Part shown: in pieces, positions 30,900 to 40,010 of the stretch | Layout: each line of letters opens with the position of its first letter | Position numbering within the stretch: the first letter of the stretch is position 1 | Source: an uncultured Acidobacteriota bacterium | Lineage (GTDB): Bacteria; Acidobacteriota; Blastocatellia; RBC074 | Direction of reading: 5' to 3' | Assembly: GCA_963796275.1 (NCBI GenBank) | Contig: CAWCKY010000003.1 | Coordinates: forward strand, 512,001-576,000 | Length of the DNA: 64,000 nt | The notes under the pieces: model-generated | Told to the model about the DNA's origin: nothing | Database searches by the model: none | The model's input: only the letters and a program-made list of their open reading frames with translations | Translations under genes and position numbers: made by a program

Positions 30900-31560
30900 T
30901 AGAGAGTTTTCGATATCTCGCCTGCACCACTTGAACACTCAGCCATAGGGCGTCCACCCATCTCGGTTACCCGCGCCGGGATGGGTGTGACCAGCGCCCT
31001 GATAGATGGGCAGAGCGAGGTTGTGTTGAGTTTTTGATCAGACCCTCATCAGTTCTCTGGGAGTAGTCTGTTTGGTGATCGGCGCTCATGTTGATTACCT
31101 GATGGTCCATTGGTGCCGGTTTCACCGGTTGTTCTCAGAGGAGCAAAAAAACTCGAATCGAATTATTTGTTGTCGTGCTCCGAGGGCTCTGCCGTGACCG
31201 TTTAACGGCAGGGTAGTAGTCGAAGTCCGTCGTGTTGGGGAGAGATATCTCGACCCGTTAACTTAGGTTCACTCGTTTTGATACGAGATTATGAAGCCAT
31301 CATTGTCCGCGATAGTGGCTTTGATCTTAGCCCCGTCTTTGAGGTTGGTAGGATTCGAAAAATCCGGTTGCGCTGCGAGAGGAGTCTCGATTTTCAATTT
31401 AGCGGCTTTTGCTGCAATCCATCGAGTTATAGGACGGTATGTAATCGACGCTACCGGGTAACTAAATTTACCTCAACCAATCAGTTTTGCGAGGCCGGTT
31501 TAGGATCAAAAGCCGCGGCGCGGCAAGGTATCGAATTGCAAAATACCGGTTTTCAACAGG
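30900..31560 (+). ncRNA. Candidate large structured RNA (or ssDNA-folding element) of unknown family
   Basis: At least ten hand-identified stems; mispaired positions within stems are G-T on the + strand; no credible ORF. Confidence 0.45.
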
Positions 31561-31618
31561 AGCAAGTTGAGGGCTTTACAATCTTTATTAAAGATTTGGA
31601 GAAAGATTTGGAGAAAAT

Positions 31619-32320
31619 ATGACCAATGTTCAAGATACATTCAAGCACAATCGGGCGCGTAAAAACGTCATTGTCGGTGGCATGGTGATTCTAGTCGCAA
31701 TTACTTTACTGAGTTGTGTGTCTAGTTTCATGATTTATCGGGAAGGTTTCGCCGATCTACCGCCGATCTTCCAGCACGCGCTTGCTATGTTTGCCGTGAT
31801 CGTTGTCGAGGGGGCATTTGTCTGGCTGGTTTACGGCTTTACGAGGGCCTTCTCGTCATTTTGGGAGAGGATGATCTCATTTTTGGCGATGTGGGGACTG
31901 GCTGCGGTAATGCTCATCAATATCATCACTCATTTCATGATGGTTAAAGGGAATGGGCTTCATCCTTTCCAACAATCCTGGCTAGCCTGGGGAGCGGTCT
32001 CGGTATTTATCGGAGTACTGGTCATCGTTCTCGCCATTACGCTGGCAGACCCTGTGATCAGATTGATCAGGCTTGAATTAAAGTTCCTCGGCAAACAGCA
32101 GGAGACGATTCTGAATGCCAAGAGTGAAGGGCTCGAGAGCGAACGCGTTCACCAGGCTATGGCGCAACGAGCCGAGATAGAGTCCGAGCAACTGGCCGCG
32201 AGGATACTCGGCAGTTCCAAATATCTGCAACCGCAAATGATCAAGGGGTTCTCGGATGGAGGGCAATCATCAAGTTATAGCTATTCGCCGGGAAGCAAAG
32301 ATTATGACCCAAAAGCATAG
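31619..32320 (+). CDS. Hypothetical 4-TM membrane protein with C-terminal helical tail
   Basis: GGAG RBS within a 12-bp tandem duplication (31590-31613); four hydrophobic segments. Confidence 0.8.
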   Translation: MTNVQDTFKHNRARKNVIVGGMVILVAITLLSCVSSFMIYREGFADLPPIFQHALAMFAVIVVEGAFVWLVYGFTRAFSSFWERMISFLAMWGLAAVMLINIITHFMMVKGNGLHPFQQSWLAWGAVSVFIGVLVIVLAITLADPVIRLIRLELKFLGKQQETILNAKSEGLESERVHQAMAQRAEIESEQLAARILGSSKYLQPQMIKGFSDGGQSSSYSYSPGSKDYDPKA

Positions 32321-32325
32321 CGCCG

Positions 32326-32928
32326 TTGAGTCACGAGGCGTTATTAGGGATAACGCAGACAGCAGCGCCAGATCGCTCGCAGGATTCAGCGGCGCAAGCA
32401 CGAATCGCCATAGGCAATCCTGTGGCCAATCTGGATGGTCGCAGGCTTCGCCTGCTTTCCCGCGGGGAAGATGGTGCGAAGAGAGAGGGGACCGGGGAAA
32501 AAGATAGCGAGACCTCACAGATCGAACTCAGAAAGGAAGGAACGAACGGCCAACCTGTTGTCACCATAGCCCCATACATTAAACCCGCAAAAAGTCCGAC
32601 AAAGGGGCCGGCCAGGAGGGAGAAAACCGGGGAGGCAACCGGGGAGGCAAAGAAGACGAATCCCGGCATCAAAAAACGCCGGGGTGGAAAAAAGGGGGAG
32701 GAGGATATGCCACCAACGCCCTGGGGATGTGAATGGCTCAGGACCGACGATGGCTGGAATCTCTGGCGATATTGGTCGGAGAAGGATCGCCTGACTGGCC
32801 AGAGGATCAAGAAGAGCCGGTATACAGGTTATGTCAGTCATGATGCGTGGCAGGTTATGAAGGGGTACGACTATGAAACGTTCATCTCGATCATCGGCCA
32901 GCGGTTTCGCCGATACGGCCAGCGGTAA
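32326..32928 (+). CDS. Hypothetical protein (disordered basic N-half, Trp/Tyr-rich C-domain)
   Basis: 200-codon ORF; the C-terminal PWGCEWLRTDDGWNLWRYW...SRYTGYVS region looks globular; start uncertain. Confidence 0.6.
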   Translation: MSHEALLGITQTAAPDRSQDSAAQARIAIGNPVANLDGRRLRLLSRGEDGAKREGTGEKDSETSQIELRKEGTNGQPVVTIAPYIKPAKSPTKGPARREKTGEATGEAKKTNPGIKKRRGGKKGEEDMPPTPWGCEWLRTDDGWNLWRYWSEKDRLTGQRIKKSRYTGYVSHDAWQVMKGYDYETFISIIGQRFRRYGQR

Positions 32929-33139
32929 TCCGTTCGCCGTCTTTGAGATCATCGCCGATGCCAAAAAAATTCAGGAACAAGCTGGCAGCTCGGAGATAGG
33001 TGAGAGCGCCAGAAGAATCGAACAGCACGCAGACGGTATGGTGAAAACGATACTTGGGACTGCCGATATGTCTACTGCTGAACTGCCTGCCAGGGTCATA
33101 GAGCAGATAGTGGAGATGTTGCGCGCCTATCGACAGTGA
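32873..33139 (+). CDS. Hypothetical small helical protein
   Basis: Overlaps the previous ORF; amphipathic helical pattern. Confidence 0.55.
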   Translation: MKRSSRSSASGFADTASGNPFAVFEIIADAKKIQEQAGSSEIGESARRIEQHADGMVKTILGTADMSTAELPARVIEQIVEMLRAYRQ

Positions 33140-33184
33140 AGACCGAAAGGATGGGGATTTGAGAAACTCTATGTCCCTGATTGC

Positions 33185-33526
33185 ATGCGGATTGTCGCCG
33201 GAGCGGCTCTGATCGCGCTTATTGGGATGATTTTACTGGAAGAACGCGTTGTAAAACGCATGATAGCTTTGCCACAACCGCCGAAGGCAGTCTGCGTGTT
33301 ATTAACGATTTCGCAAACGCACCCGGATGGATCAAAAGTGTGGAACGGATATCTGATGGCAACGGTCATGAGGTCTGGCAGGAAGAAGATCGACGAGGTA
33401 CGAGCTGGAAACAATCAAATCGATCGCTCCCCGACGGCTCGTCCTGCGCATCAAAGACGAAAATTTCATTCGGAGGTATTTGGAATACGATATTACTGTG
33501 ACAACCGGAGGGCGGCAGTCAAATGA
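33185..33526 (+). CDS. Hypothetical protein with N-terminal hydrophobic anchor
   Basis: IVAGAALIALIGMILL segment; stop overlaps the next ATG (ATGA); true start may lie at 33136/33151 across an indel. Confidence 0.5.
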   Translation: MRIVAGAALIALIGMILLEERVVKRMIALPQPPKAVCVLLTISQTHPDGSKVWNGYLMATVMRSGRKKIDEVRAGNNQIDRSPTARPAHQRRKFHSEVFGIRYYCDNRRAAVK

Positions 33527-33717
33527 TCACCACGGATTGCGGAAAAATAAGAAATCCGATCTACCGATTTTTGTCGCGATTTATTTTCGGGTATGAGACG
33601 AGCCTCGATGATTACCTCAACGCACGCGCTGCCAGCTTCGGCGGAGGTTCTGCAATCACCGGTGAATCCGCCCTGGTTTTACGGTCGCTTCAACTAAGAA
33701 GGAGATTTCCCGCCCCG

Positions 33718-35055
33718 TCATCCGACATTCTCCATAATAACGCGCGCGAGCGCTTCCGCCTGACCGCGGATGATCGTTTCATCCTGGCCTTCTATCATTA
33801 CGCGAGCCTTGTTTTCGGTGCCGGAATAACGTACGAGCAATCGCCCCTTGCCATCTATATCCCGCTCGAGAGCGGCGATCGCATCGTTGATTGCCGGCAC
33901 GCTCTCGAAAGGCGGTTTGTGATTGACGTTCACATTTATTATGAATTGCGGATACCGTTTGAACCGACCGGCCAGATTGCTCAGCGACCGATTCGATTCG
34001 ACCATGACCCGAAGGACTTCGAGCGCCGTAATCATGCCATCCCCTGCCAGACTGATCTGGGGGAATATGATGTGACCGGATTGTTCGCCGCCTATGCTGC
34101 CCCCGGCTTTCAATAGTTCATCGAGAACGTTCTTATCGCCGACCGATGTGCGGGTGAGCCCGATGCCGAGCTGCGAGAGCGCTATTTCAAGGCCGAGGTT
34201 GCTCATAACGGTTGCAACTACCCGGTTGCCGGAGAGACGCCCTCTGGCAAAGAGATAATCGGCCATAACGAATAATATCTGATCGCCATCGATCAATTGT
34301 CCGACTTCGTCCACCATCAACAGGCGGTCGGCATCGCCATCGAATGCAATCCCCAGATGAGAACCGGTGCTCAACACGGCCTGCTGCAATTTTTCCGGAT
34401 GTAATGATCCGCAATCCAGGTTTATGTTTCGGCCGTTCGGTTCAGCGTTGATCACCGTCAATTGCGCTCCCAGCTGGGTGAAAAGACGTGGAGCGAGGCG
34501 ATACGATGCTCCGTTCGCGCAATCAATGACAATTTTCATCCGAGTCAGCTCAACGCCAATCTCATCGCACAAAAAAACCAGGTATCTGTCTTGAAGAGTC
34601 GGGTCGTTCTCCGCCGTCGTTTCAATGAACGGAGGCAGGCTTGATGGGTCATCCGTTAATGCGCGCTCGATCGACTGCTCTGTGGCGTCATCGAGTTTTT
34701 CTCCGGAAGGCGAGAATACTTTTATACCGTTATCCTGATACGGATTGTGTGATGCTGAGATTACGATGCCGGCGTCGGCACCGAGAGCGCGCGTCAGGTA
34801 AGCCACGCCCGGAGTTGTAATGATGCCTGCCGATCGCGCGCTGGAACGAGCCGCGTGTATGCCCCGAAGGATCGCCGCTTCGATCCATTCGCCCGATTCC
34901 CGGGTATCTCGTCCGATGATGATCGCGGGTGCGCGGTCGAGTTTCAGCGTCAATTCTTTAGCCAGCTCATATCCTATCCGTTCGATCGTCTGCGGATCGA
35001 GAGGATAACGTCCGGCCACACCTCTGATTCCATCTGTGCCGAATAATTCGCCCAT
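33718..35055 (-). CDS. glmM: Phosphoglucosamine mutase
   Basis: LFGTDGIRG, GRDTRESG, ISASHNPYQDNGIK, DGDADR, GEQSGH, RYSGTE. Confidence 0.96.
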   Translation of the reverse strand: MGELFGTDGIRGVAGRYPLDPQTIERIGYELAKELTLKLDRAPAIIIGRDTRESGEWIEAAILRGIHAARSSARSAGIITTPGVAYLTRALGADAGIVISASHNPYQDNGIKVFSPSGEKLDDATEQSIERALTDDPSSLPPFIETTAENDPTLQDRYLVFLCDEIGVELTRMKIVIDCANGASYRLAPRLFTQLGAQLTVINAEPNGRNINLDCGSLHPEKLQQAVLSTGSHLGIAFDGDADRLLMVDEVGQLIDGDQILFVMADYLFARGRLSGNRVVATVMSNLGLEIALSQLGIGLTRTSVGDKNVLDELLKAGGSIGGEQSGHIIFPQISLAGDGMITALEVLRVMVESNRSLSNLAGRFKRYPQFIINVNVNHKPPFESVPAINDAIAALERDIDGKGRLLVRYSGTENKARVMIEGQDETIIRGQAEALARVIMENVG

Positions 35056-35154
35056 AATCTTGTTGACGATGCTCAATCTTCAGTTATCCGGTTTTGGTTC
35101 GTATTGACTCTTCGTCTCTGAAAAAATCTGGAAAACTGAAAACTTATCGTCGTT

Positions 35155-36087
35155 TCAACCCCTCTTCTTCGAAATGATTTTATTGATGATCTTATCCAGT
35201 TTATCCGGGAGGATAACCTGTGGCTGCCAATTTTCTACATCCGACTGCGATCCGGCTGTATCCAACTCTACTCGGATATCGCCGGCTTTTAAGTCTTTGA
35301 AAGCTGATTGTGGGCCATAAAGCTCAAGGTCGACTGACCTGTACGGCGGGCGAGTCCCGGGGCTTAGATTGAGCCATTGCACCGGAATTTTCATGAAGTG
35401 TCGCGTTACCCGGCGTTCGCCTATCTCGATAGTTAGCGTGATCGGACCTTGTGTGTTGACGCGAATAGAATTGTGGGGAGTTTCGACATCCAGCGAAATA
35501 CGGAAACTGTTGCTTTTACCTGTTAAATTGACCGTCTCGGTCATTATCTCATGCAGTTTTTCCACCTGTGATTTCGGGCCTTCGATCTCGATGAACGGCG
35601 GCTCGACGATCTTGCGATAGACCTCCATCTTATCCGCCAACTCGCCCTCGAACTGGGGCTCGACTGTGATGGAACGCTTCATCGTTTTTTCGAGCTTCAA
35701 TCTAATGCTAGGAGGGACTATTTGTATGACCTCAACATTATCCGGAGGGGAAACATCATCGGGTCGGAGTTGAACATTTCGCTCCCCCGAGTCTTTGTTG
35801 CTCAGATTGGCTATCACCAGGAGCTGATTGGGAGAAAGGCTTCTGACAACATCACGGGGACCGCGCAGCCGAACGCTGACGGTTTGTGCGACATCCCCGC
35901 TGATTTCAAGTCCCCGGCTAATTCCGCGGAATTCCAAGGGGACGCCGCTCATCCTTACCTCGGCGAGGGGCTGTCGCGATACCGCAAAAAGCAGGAGCGC
36001 CAGGAGGAAGGCGAGGACTTTGAGTCCCAAATTTTCAACCCGGCTATGGTGCAGCCGCTGGGATATTCGTGCGACTCGGCCTCTCAT
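35155..36087 (-). CDS. cdaR: YbbR-domain diadenylate cyclase regulator
   Basis: N-terminal TM, repeated V.GP.. YbbR units, located between cdaA and glmM. Confidence 0.85.
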   Translation of the reverse strand: MRGRVARISQRLHHSRVENLGLKVLAFLLALLLFAVSRQPLAEVRMSGVPLEFRGISRGLEISGDVAQTVSVRLRGPRDVVRSLSPNQLLVIANLSNKDSGERNVQLRPDDVSPPDNVEVIQIVPPSIRLKLEKTMKRSITVEPQFEGELADKMEVYRKIVEPPFIEIEGPKSQVEKLHEIMTETVNLTGKSNSFRISLDVETPHNSIRVNTQGPITLTIEIGERRVTRHFMKIPVQWLNLSPGTRPPYRSVDLELYGPQSAFKDLKAGDIRVELDTAGSQSDVENWQPQVILPDKLDKIINKIISKKRG

Positions 36088-37028
36088 ACCGACGTGCCCT
36101 CCTGAACGCCTTCGGTTTTCGAAGTCCGCGCAATTTGACTCTTGCTCGATGCGACCAGTTCATCGATCTCGCGCTCCCTCTCGCGCTCCTCCGCTTCAAG
36201 TTCCGCGCTCTCAGCGTCGCTGCGCCACGGCTCCATGGCTTGTTGGACCATCCGGCGCAGACCGGGGCCGTCAAGGTTACGCTTCAAACGCCCCTCGATG
36301 GAAAATGAGATTACTCCCGTCTCTTCCGAAACGATCACGGCGAATGCATCGGTGTCCTCGGTCACTCCGATCGCCGCGCGGTGGCGCGTCCCGAGCTCTC
36401 GCGAGATGAGCGGGTTCTGGGTCAGCGGAAGGAAGCAGCAGGCGGCTGTGACGCGATTGTTCCCGATAATCACTGCGCCGTCATGGAGCGGCGTGTGTGT
36501 ATTAAAAATTGTGACGAGCAAATCGTAGTTCACTCGCGCGTCGAGCCGGATTCCGCTTTCGGTGTAGGTCTTCAAACCGATATCGCGTTCGAATACCATG
36601 AGGGCCCCCGTCTTTTCGGAGGCCAGAGTCGTAGCGGCGAGGACGACTTCGTCATACCACTCCTGGCCGAACGGATTATCCTTCGGTGTGCTTGTCATCG
36701 GCAGGCGGATTTTCTTGCCCAGATGTGTTAATGCCTGGCGGATTTCGTGCTGAAAAAGAACGATCACGGCGAAACCGAGGTAGACCACGGCATTGCGCAT
36801 CACCCATTGGACTGTGGTCAGTCCGAAAATGCTCGAGACTTGATAGATGACGGCTACCAATACCAGCCCTACGGCCATCTGGACAGCACGAGTCCCTCGC
36901 ACAAGTCTGAGTACTTCATAGATCAGAAATGAGACGATGAGAATATCAATAACATGCCTGGGCTCTACAGATTGCAGGACCCAGAGTGCTCTTGGATAAA
37001 ACTCGTGCATAATTTCAGAAAGTTCCAC
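36084..37028 (-). CDS. cdaA: Diadenylate cyclase
   Basis: Three N-terminal TMs, PLHDGAVI, GTRHRAAIG, VSEETG. Confidence 0.95.
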   Translation of the reverse strand: MELSEIMHEFYPRALWVLQSVEPRHVIDILIVSFLIYEVLRLVRGTRAVQMAVGLVLVAVIYQVSSIFGLTTVQWVMRNAVVYLGFAVIVLFQHEIRQALTHLGKKIRLPMTSTPKDNPFGQEWYDEVVLAATTLASEKTGALMVFERDIGLKTYTESGIRLDARVNYDLLVTIFNTHTPLHDGAVIIGNNRVTAACCFLPLTQNPLISRELGTRHRAAIGVTEDTDAFAVIVSEETGVISFSIEGRLKRNLDGPGLRRMVQQAMEPWRSDAESAELEAEEREREREIDELVASSKSQIARTSKTEGVQEGTSV

Positions 37029-37400
37029 AATCGCTCTATGTTAGCGTTATGGATTTTGCCCCGCGATTAACCGGTGCCATTCTTTAATGATTATTCCGCA
37101 GCCCGCTCCTAGCATACCATATCCGCTATCTCCGGTATGAAGGAAATTAATGCGTTTGAATTGCTTAAGGGGATCGCAGTTCAGGGAGTTGTCGGGGGAA
37201 TAGAGTTTTGTTAGACTACGACCGTGCGCCAACCCCCCGGCATTGCACCCAACATTACGATGTAGAATGCAGTAATTATCGACTGTTATCGACTCCTGTC
37301 ATCGGTTGTCGTGCGCTAGCGCCGTTACTGCTAGTTGCCCCATCTCCCCGTGTTAGAAGTACTATGAATACCTTCTCCGCGGGCAAGGAAAGGGAATGAA

Positions 37401-38780
37401 ATGAGGAAGGTATCCAGCGTCCTCGCGACGCCCAAGGCTGGTTTGCTTTTTACCGTCATTTTTACAATTCTCGTGGGATTTTTCTTGACCGCCGGGGCAA
37501 ATGCCAAGGCGAGCTGGCAAACAGGCACCACGTCGGCAACGAAAAAAAAGGCAACCACCAGCAAATCTGCATCGAGCCGCAGGCGGACGGCAAAAGCGAG
37601 TTCAAAGCGTAAAAACCGCGTCGCCCGTAACAAAAGACGAAGCACATATTCTAAATCCAGAGCCACAGTCAGCGACAATGAGGCCAAATCGTTAGTGAAG
37701 AAGCGTGGCAAATTGACGCGCGCCGAACGCCAAAAGCTCTCATCATATCGGTCTGCGCGGCGACGTCGCGCCCGGGCTCGTTATCTCGCGCGTCTGCGCG
37801 CTCTGCGCGCGCGCGCCGATGCCCTTCTCAACATCACCGCAGCGAACATTCTCAAGGACAATACGAGCGGCGAGGACCCGGATATTCGACGTGCTGTGGT
37901 CGATGCATTGGAAGGCCGTTCCGGAACGGTAGTCGTCATGGACCCGAGTACTGGGCGCGTTTATACAGTAGTCAATCAACAAATGGCGCTCGGCTCTCCT
38001 GTCAAACCGTGTTCGACCGTTAAATTGATCGTAGGTCTGGCAGCGCTTCACGAAGAGGTCTTCGATCCCAATCAAGATGTTCAAACTTCCAGACGCGTGA
38101 GCTGGAATCTCACCGATGCGATGGCACGTTCGAATAACCCGTTTTTTCAGGTACTCGGACGAAGGCTCGGGTACGAGAGGGTGATCAAGTATGCTGGTGA
38201 CTTCGGATTTGGTGATCTGACCGGCATCAACTATCCCGGCGAGAAACCTGGCTTCTTGCCAGAGGAAGGCGAACAGGAGACCGGCTTAATGTCGAGCCAC
38301 GGCGAGAATTTCGGTGTGACGGCTATCCAACTCGCCGCCTTCACCGCCGCGATCGCCAATGGTGGGTATCTTTACACTCCCTATATTCCGCGCACGCCGC
38401 AGGATGAGGCCAGTTTCGAACCAATCCTGAAACGCAAGATAGTGATGTCATCGGAGGACAGGTTGAGGCTGATGGCAGGTATGAGCGGGGCAGTCAATTT
38501 CGGGACGGGTAAACTCGCTTACAATGCCCTCGGGCAGGTTGCTGGCAAGACCGGAACCTGTACGGGCAGCCGTGATAAGCTGGGACTCTTCACATCGTTC
38601 TCAAGCGTCGACAATCCCAGGCTGGTCGTTACGGTCATTACCACTGGTTTTACGGAGGCCGGCTCCCGAGCAGCCGCGATTGCAGGAAAAATTTATGCCG
38701 CGATCTCTCCCAGGTTTTTTAATGAAACGGAGGTCAAACCCGCATCTGCGGCCACTGATCCCAGTACCAGCTGGAAATAA
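37401..38780 (+). CDS. Penicillin-binding transpeptidase-domain protein with Lys/Arg-rich N-terminus
   Basis: STVK (SxxK), SNN (SxN) and KTG motifs; signal/anchor segment. Confidence 0.85.
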   Translation: MRKVSSVLATPKAGLLFTVIFTILVGFFLTAGANAKASWQTGTTSATKKKATTSKSASSRRRTAKASSKRKNRVARNKRRSTYSKSRATVSDNEAKSLVKKRGKLTRAERQKLSSYRSARRRRARARYLARLRALRARADALLNITAANILKDNTSGEDPDIRRAVVDALEGRSGTVVVMDPSTGRVYTVVNQQMALGSPVKPCSTVKLIVGLAALHEEVFDPNQDVQTSRRVSWNLTDAMARSNNPFFQVLGRRLGYERVIKYAGDFGFGDLTGINYPGEKPGFLPEEGEQETGLMSSHGENFGVTAIQLAAFTAAIANGGYLYTPYIPRTPQDEASFEPILKRKIVMSSEDRLRLMAGMSGAVNFGTGKLAYNALGQVAGKTGTCTGSRDKLGLFTSFSSVDNPRLVVTVITTGFTEAGSRAAAIAGKIYAAISPRFFNETEVKPASAATDPSTSWK

Positions 38781-39332
38781 TCACAGAAGCTCCGACTGCA
38801 AGCAAAATAATATCCAGGGGTGATCGGCGCGTAGCCCCTGGAATACTGCAACGAAACTAGTCGATAAGACGCCAAAGGAATGATAGTGACTGAGTCGCCC
38901 ATTTCAGGCTTGGCGACTCGCCTGCCGCTTACCGTGGCTTCGCTTCACCTAGTAGCCACAACTATGCGCGGACACCGAGATGGTGGACACCAGTGGGGAA
39001 TTTCGCAATTTCGCGTTAGCAAGCCACCACAACCGATTGTGGCCGTGTGCCTGCTGAAAACCAGCTCCCATCGATGTGCCAATTCGTTCACTGTTAAATC
39101 TCATCTAACGCCCCTTGCATAATTGTAGGTGCTTGGGCTTATCCGTTTCTACCCACGCTCATCCCAATTTTCTACTCTCACATCCTATCCCTATCCGGCG
39201 CTAATGGGGGAACTCAAAACCTAGTTCCGTCGTTCAATCAAAGGATTGGGGACAACAGGTTCACCAAACTTTTGATTGCGCCTGGACTCTGAAACCTGCC
39301 CGCTTTCAGCTTGGAAACTGAGTCGTTGACCA

Positions 39333-40010
39333 ATGACAAGGAGCGAAAAGTTCATTGCCCTGCATGTAATTATTGGAGCCGCATTATTGCTTGCGGGTCT
39401 CCTTGGGCTAGACAGGATTGTTGCCGAATACTTGCACAGCTCTGGGCATGAAGGATTGTGGATTTTCAACGAAGGCACCTCGTTTCTTGACACGGTAACT
39501 GGTAAGGAGATATCCAAGTTTCTGATAGGATTCCTTTTGTTGAGCTGCTCACTTGCTCTACTGGTACCCGCAAGAACAAGGACTATCAGCTGGAGCAACA
39601 TGTTCATTAGCCTTGTACAACTACTTGGCACACTGCTAGCCGGAGTTAGCAAAAACGCCTTCGGGCGGCTTCGCCCTTTCCAGTTATTGGAGAGTGGAGA
39701 TTGGAGCCAGGAATGGTTTGCCGGTGGGAGCGCATTTCCTTCTGGACATGCGGGGTTCTACTTTGGCTTATTTATGCCACTGGCGTATCTGTTCCCTCGG
39801 TGGCGGTGGTTGCTCATGCTCGTGCCTTGGTTCATTGCTATGGCGCGCGTCAATGCCAATGATCACTTCACCAGCGATGTCGCTGCATCGATTGTCTTGG
39901 TTGGGTTGCTTACGCTGATTTTTGCCAAGTTGACAAAGCAGCGGAAGGGGCCTAACAGTTCATTCAAGCCGAAGCCGCTTCGCGGATCGGCTTCGCACCT
40001 AGAATCGTAA
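39333..40010 (+). CDS. PAP2-family membrane phosphatase, integron-cassette-like
   Basis: KNAFGRLRP, FPSGH, RVNANDHFTSDV; C-terminus reads through an attC. Confidence 0.88.
   Translation: MTRSEKFIALHVIIGAALLLAGLLGLDRIVAEYLHSSGHEGLWIFNEGTSFLDTVTGKEISKFLIGFLLLSCSLALLVPARTRTISWSNMFISLVQLLGTLLAGVSKNAFGRLRPFQLLESGDWSQEWFAGGSAFPSGHAGFYFGLFMPLAYLFPRWRWLLMLVPWFIAMARVNANDHFTSDVAASIVLVGLLTLIFAKLTKQRKGPNSSFKPKPLRGSASHLES
39950..39993 (+). mobile_element. Truncated integron attC site
   Basis: GCCTAAC (RYYYAAC) AGTTCATTCAAGCCGAAGCCGCTTCGCGGATCGGCTT; the right-hand end with GTTRRRY is missing. Confidence 0.8.

Noticed and set aside
30900-31100. 6S RNA, tmRNA, RNase P or group II intron identity for the structured tract
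   Set aside because: Only a short CTTGAAC resemblance to 6S. No tRNA-like ends, no GAGGAAAGTCC and no intron domain V were found by eye.
31278-31622. 114-aa ORF overlapping the start of the 4-TM gene
   Set aside because: TTG start with no clear RBS, un-protein-like composition, and it lies in the stem-rich tract; treated as probably spurious.
33718-34116. 3' part of ORF 33523-34116
   Set aside because: Lies antisense to glmM; only the first ~60 codons may be a real, truncated gene.
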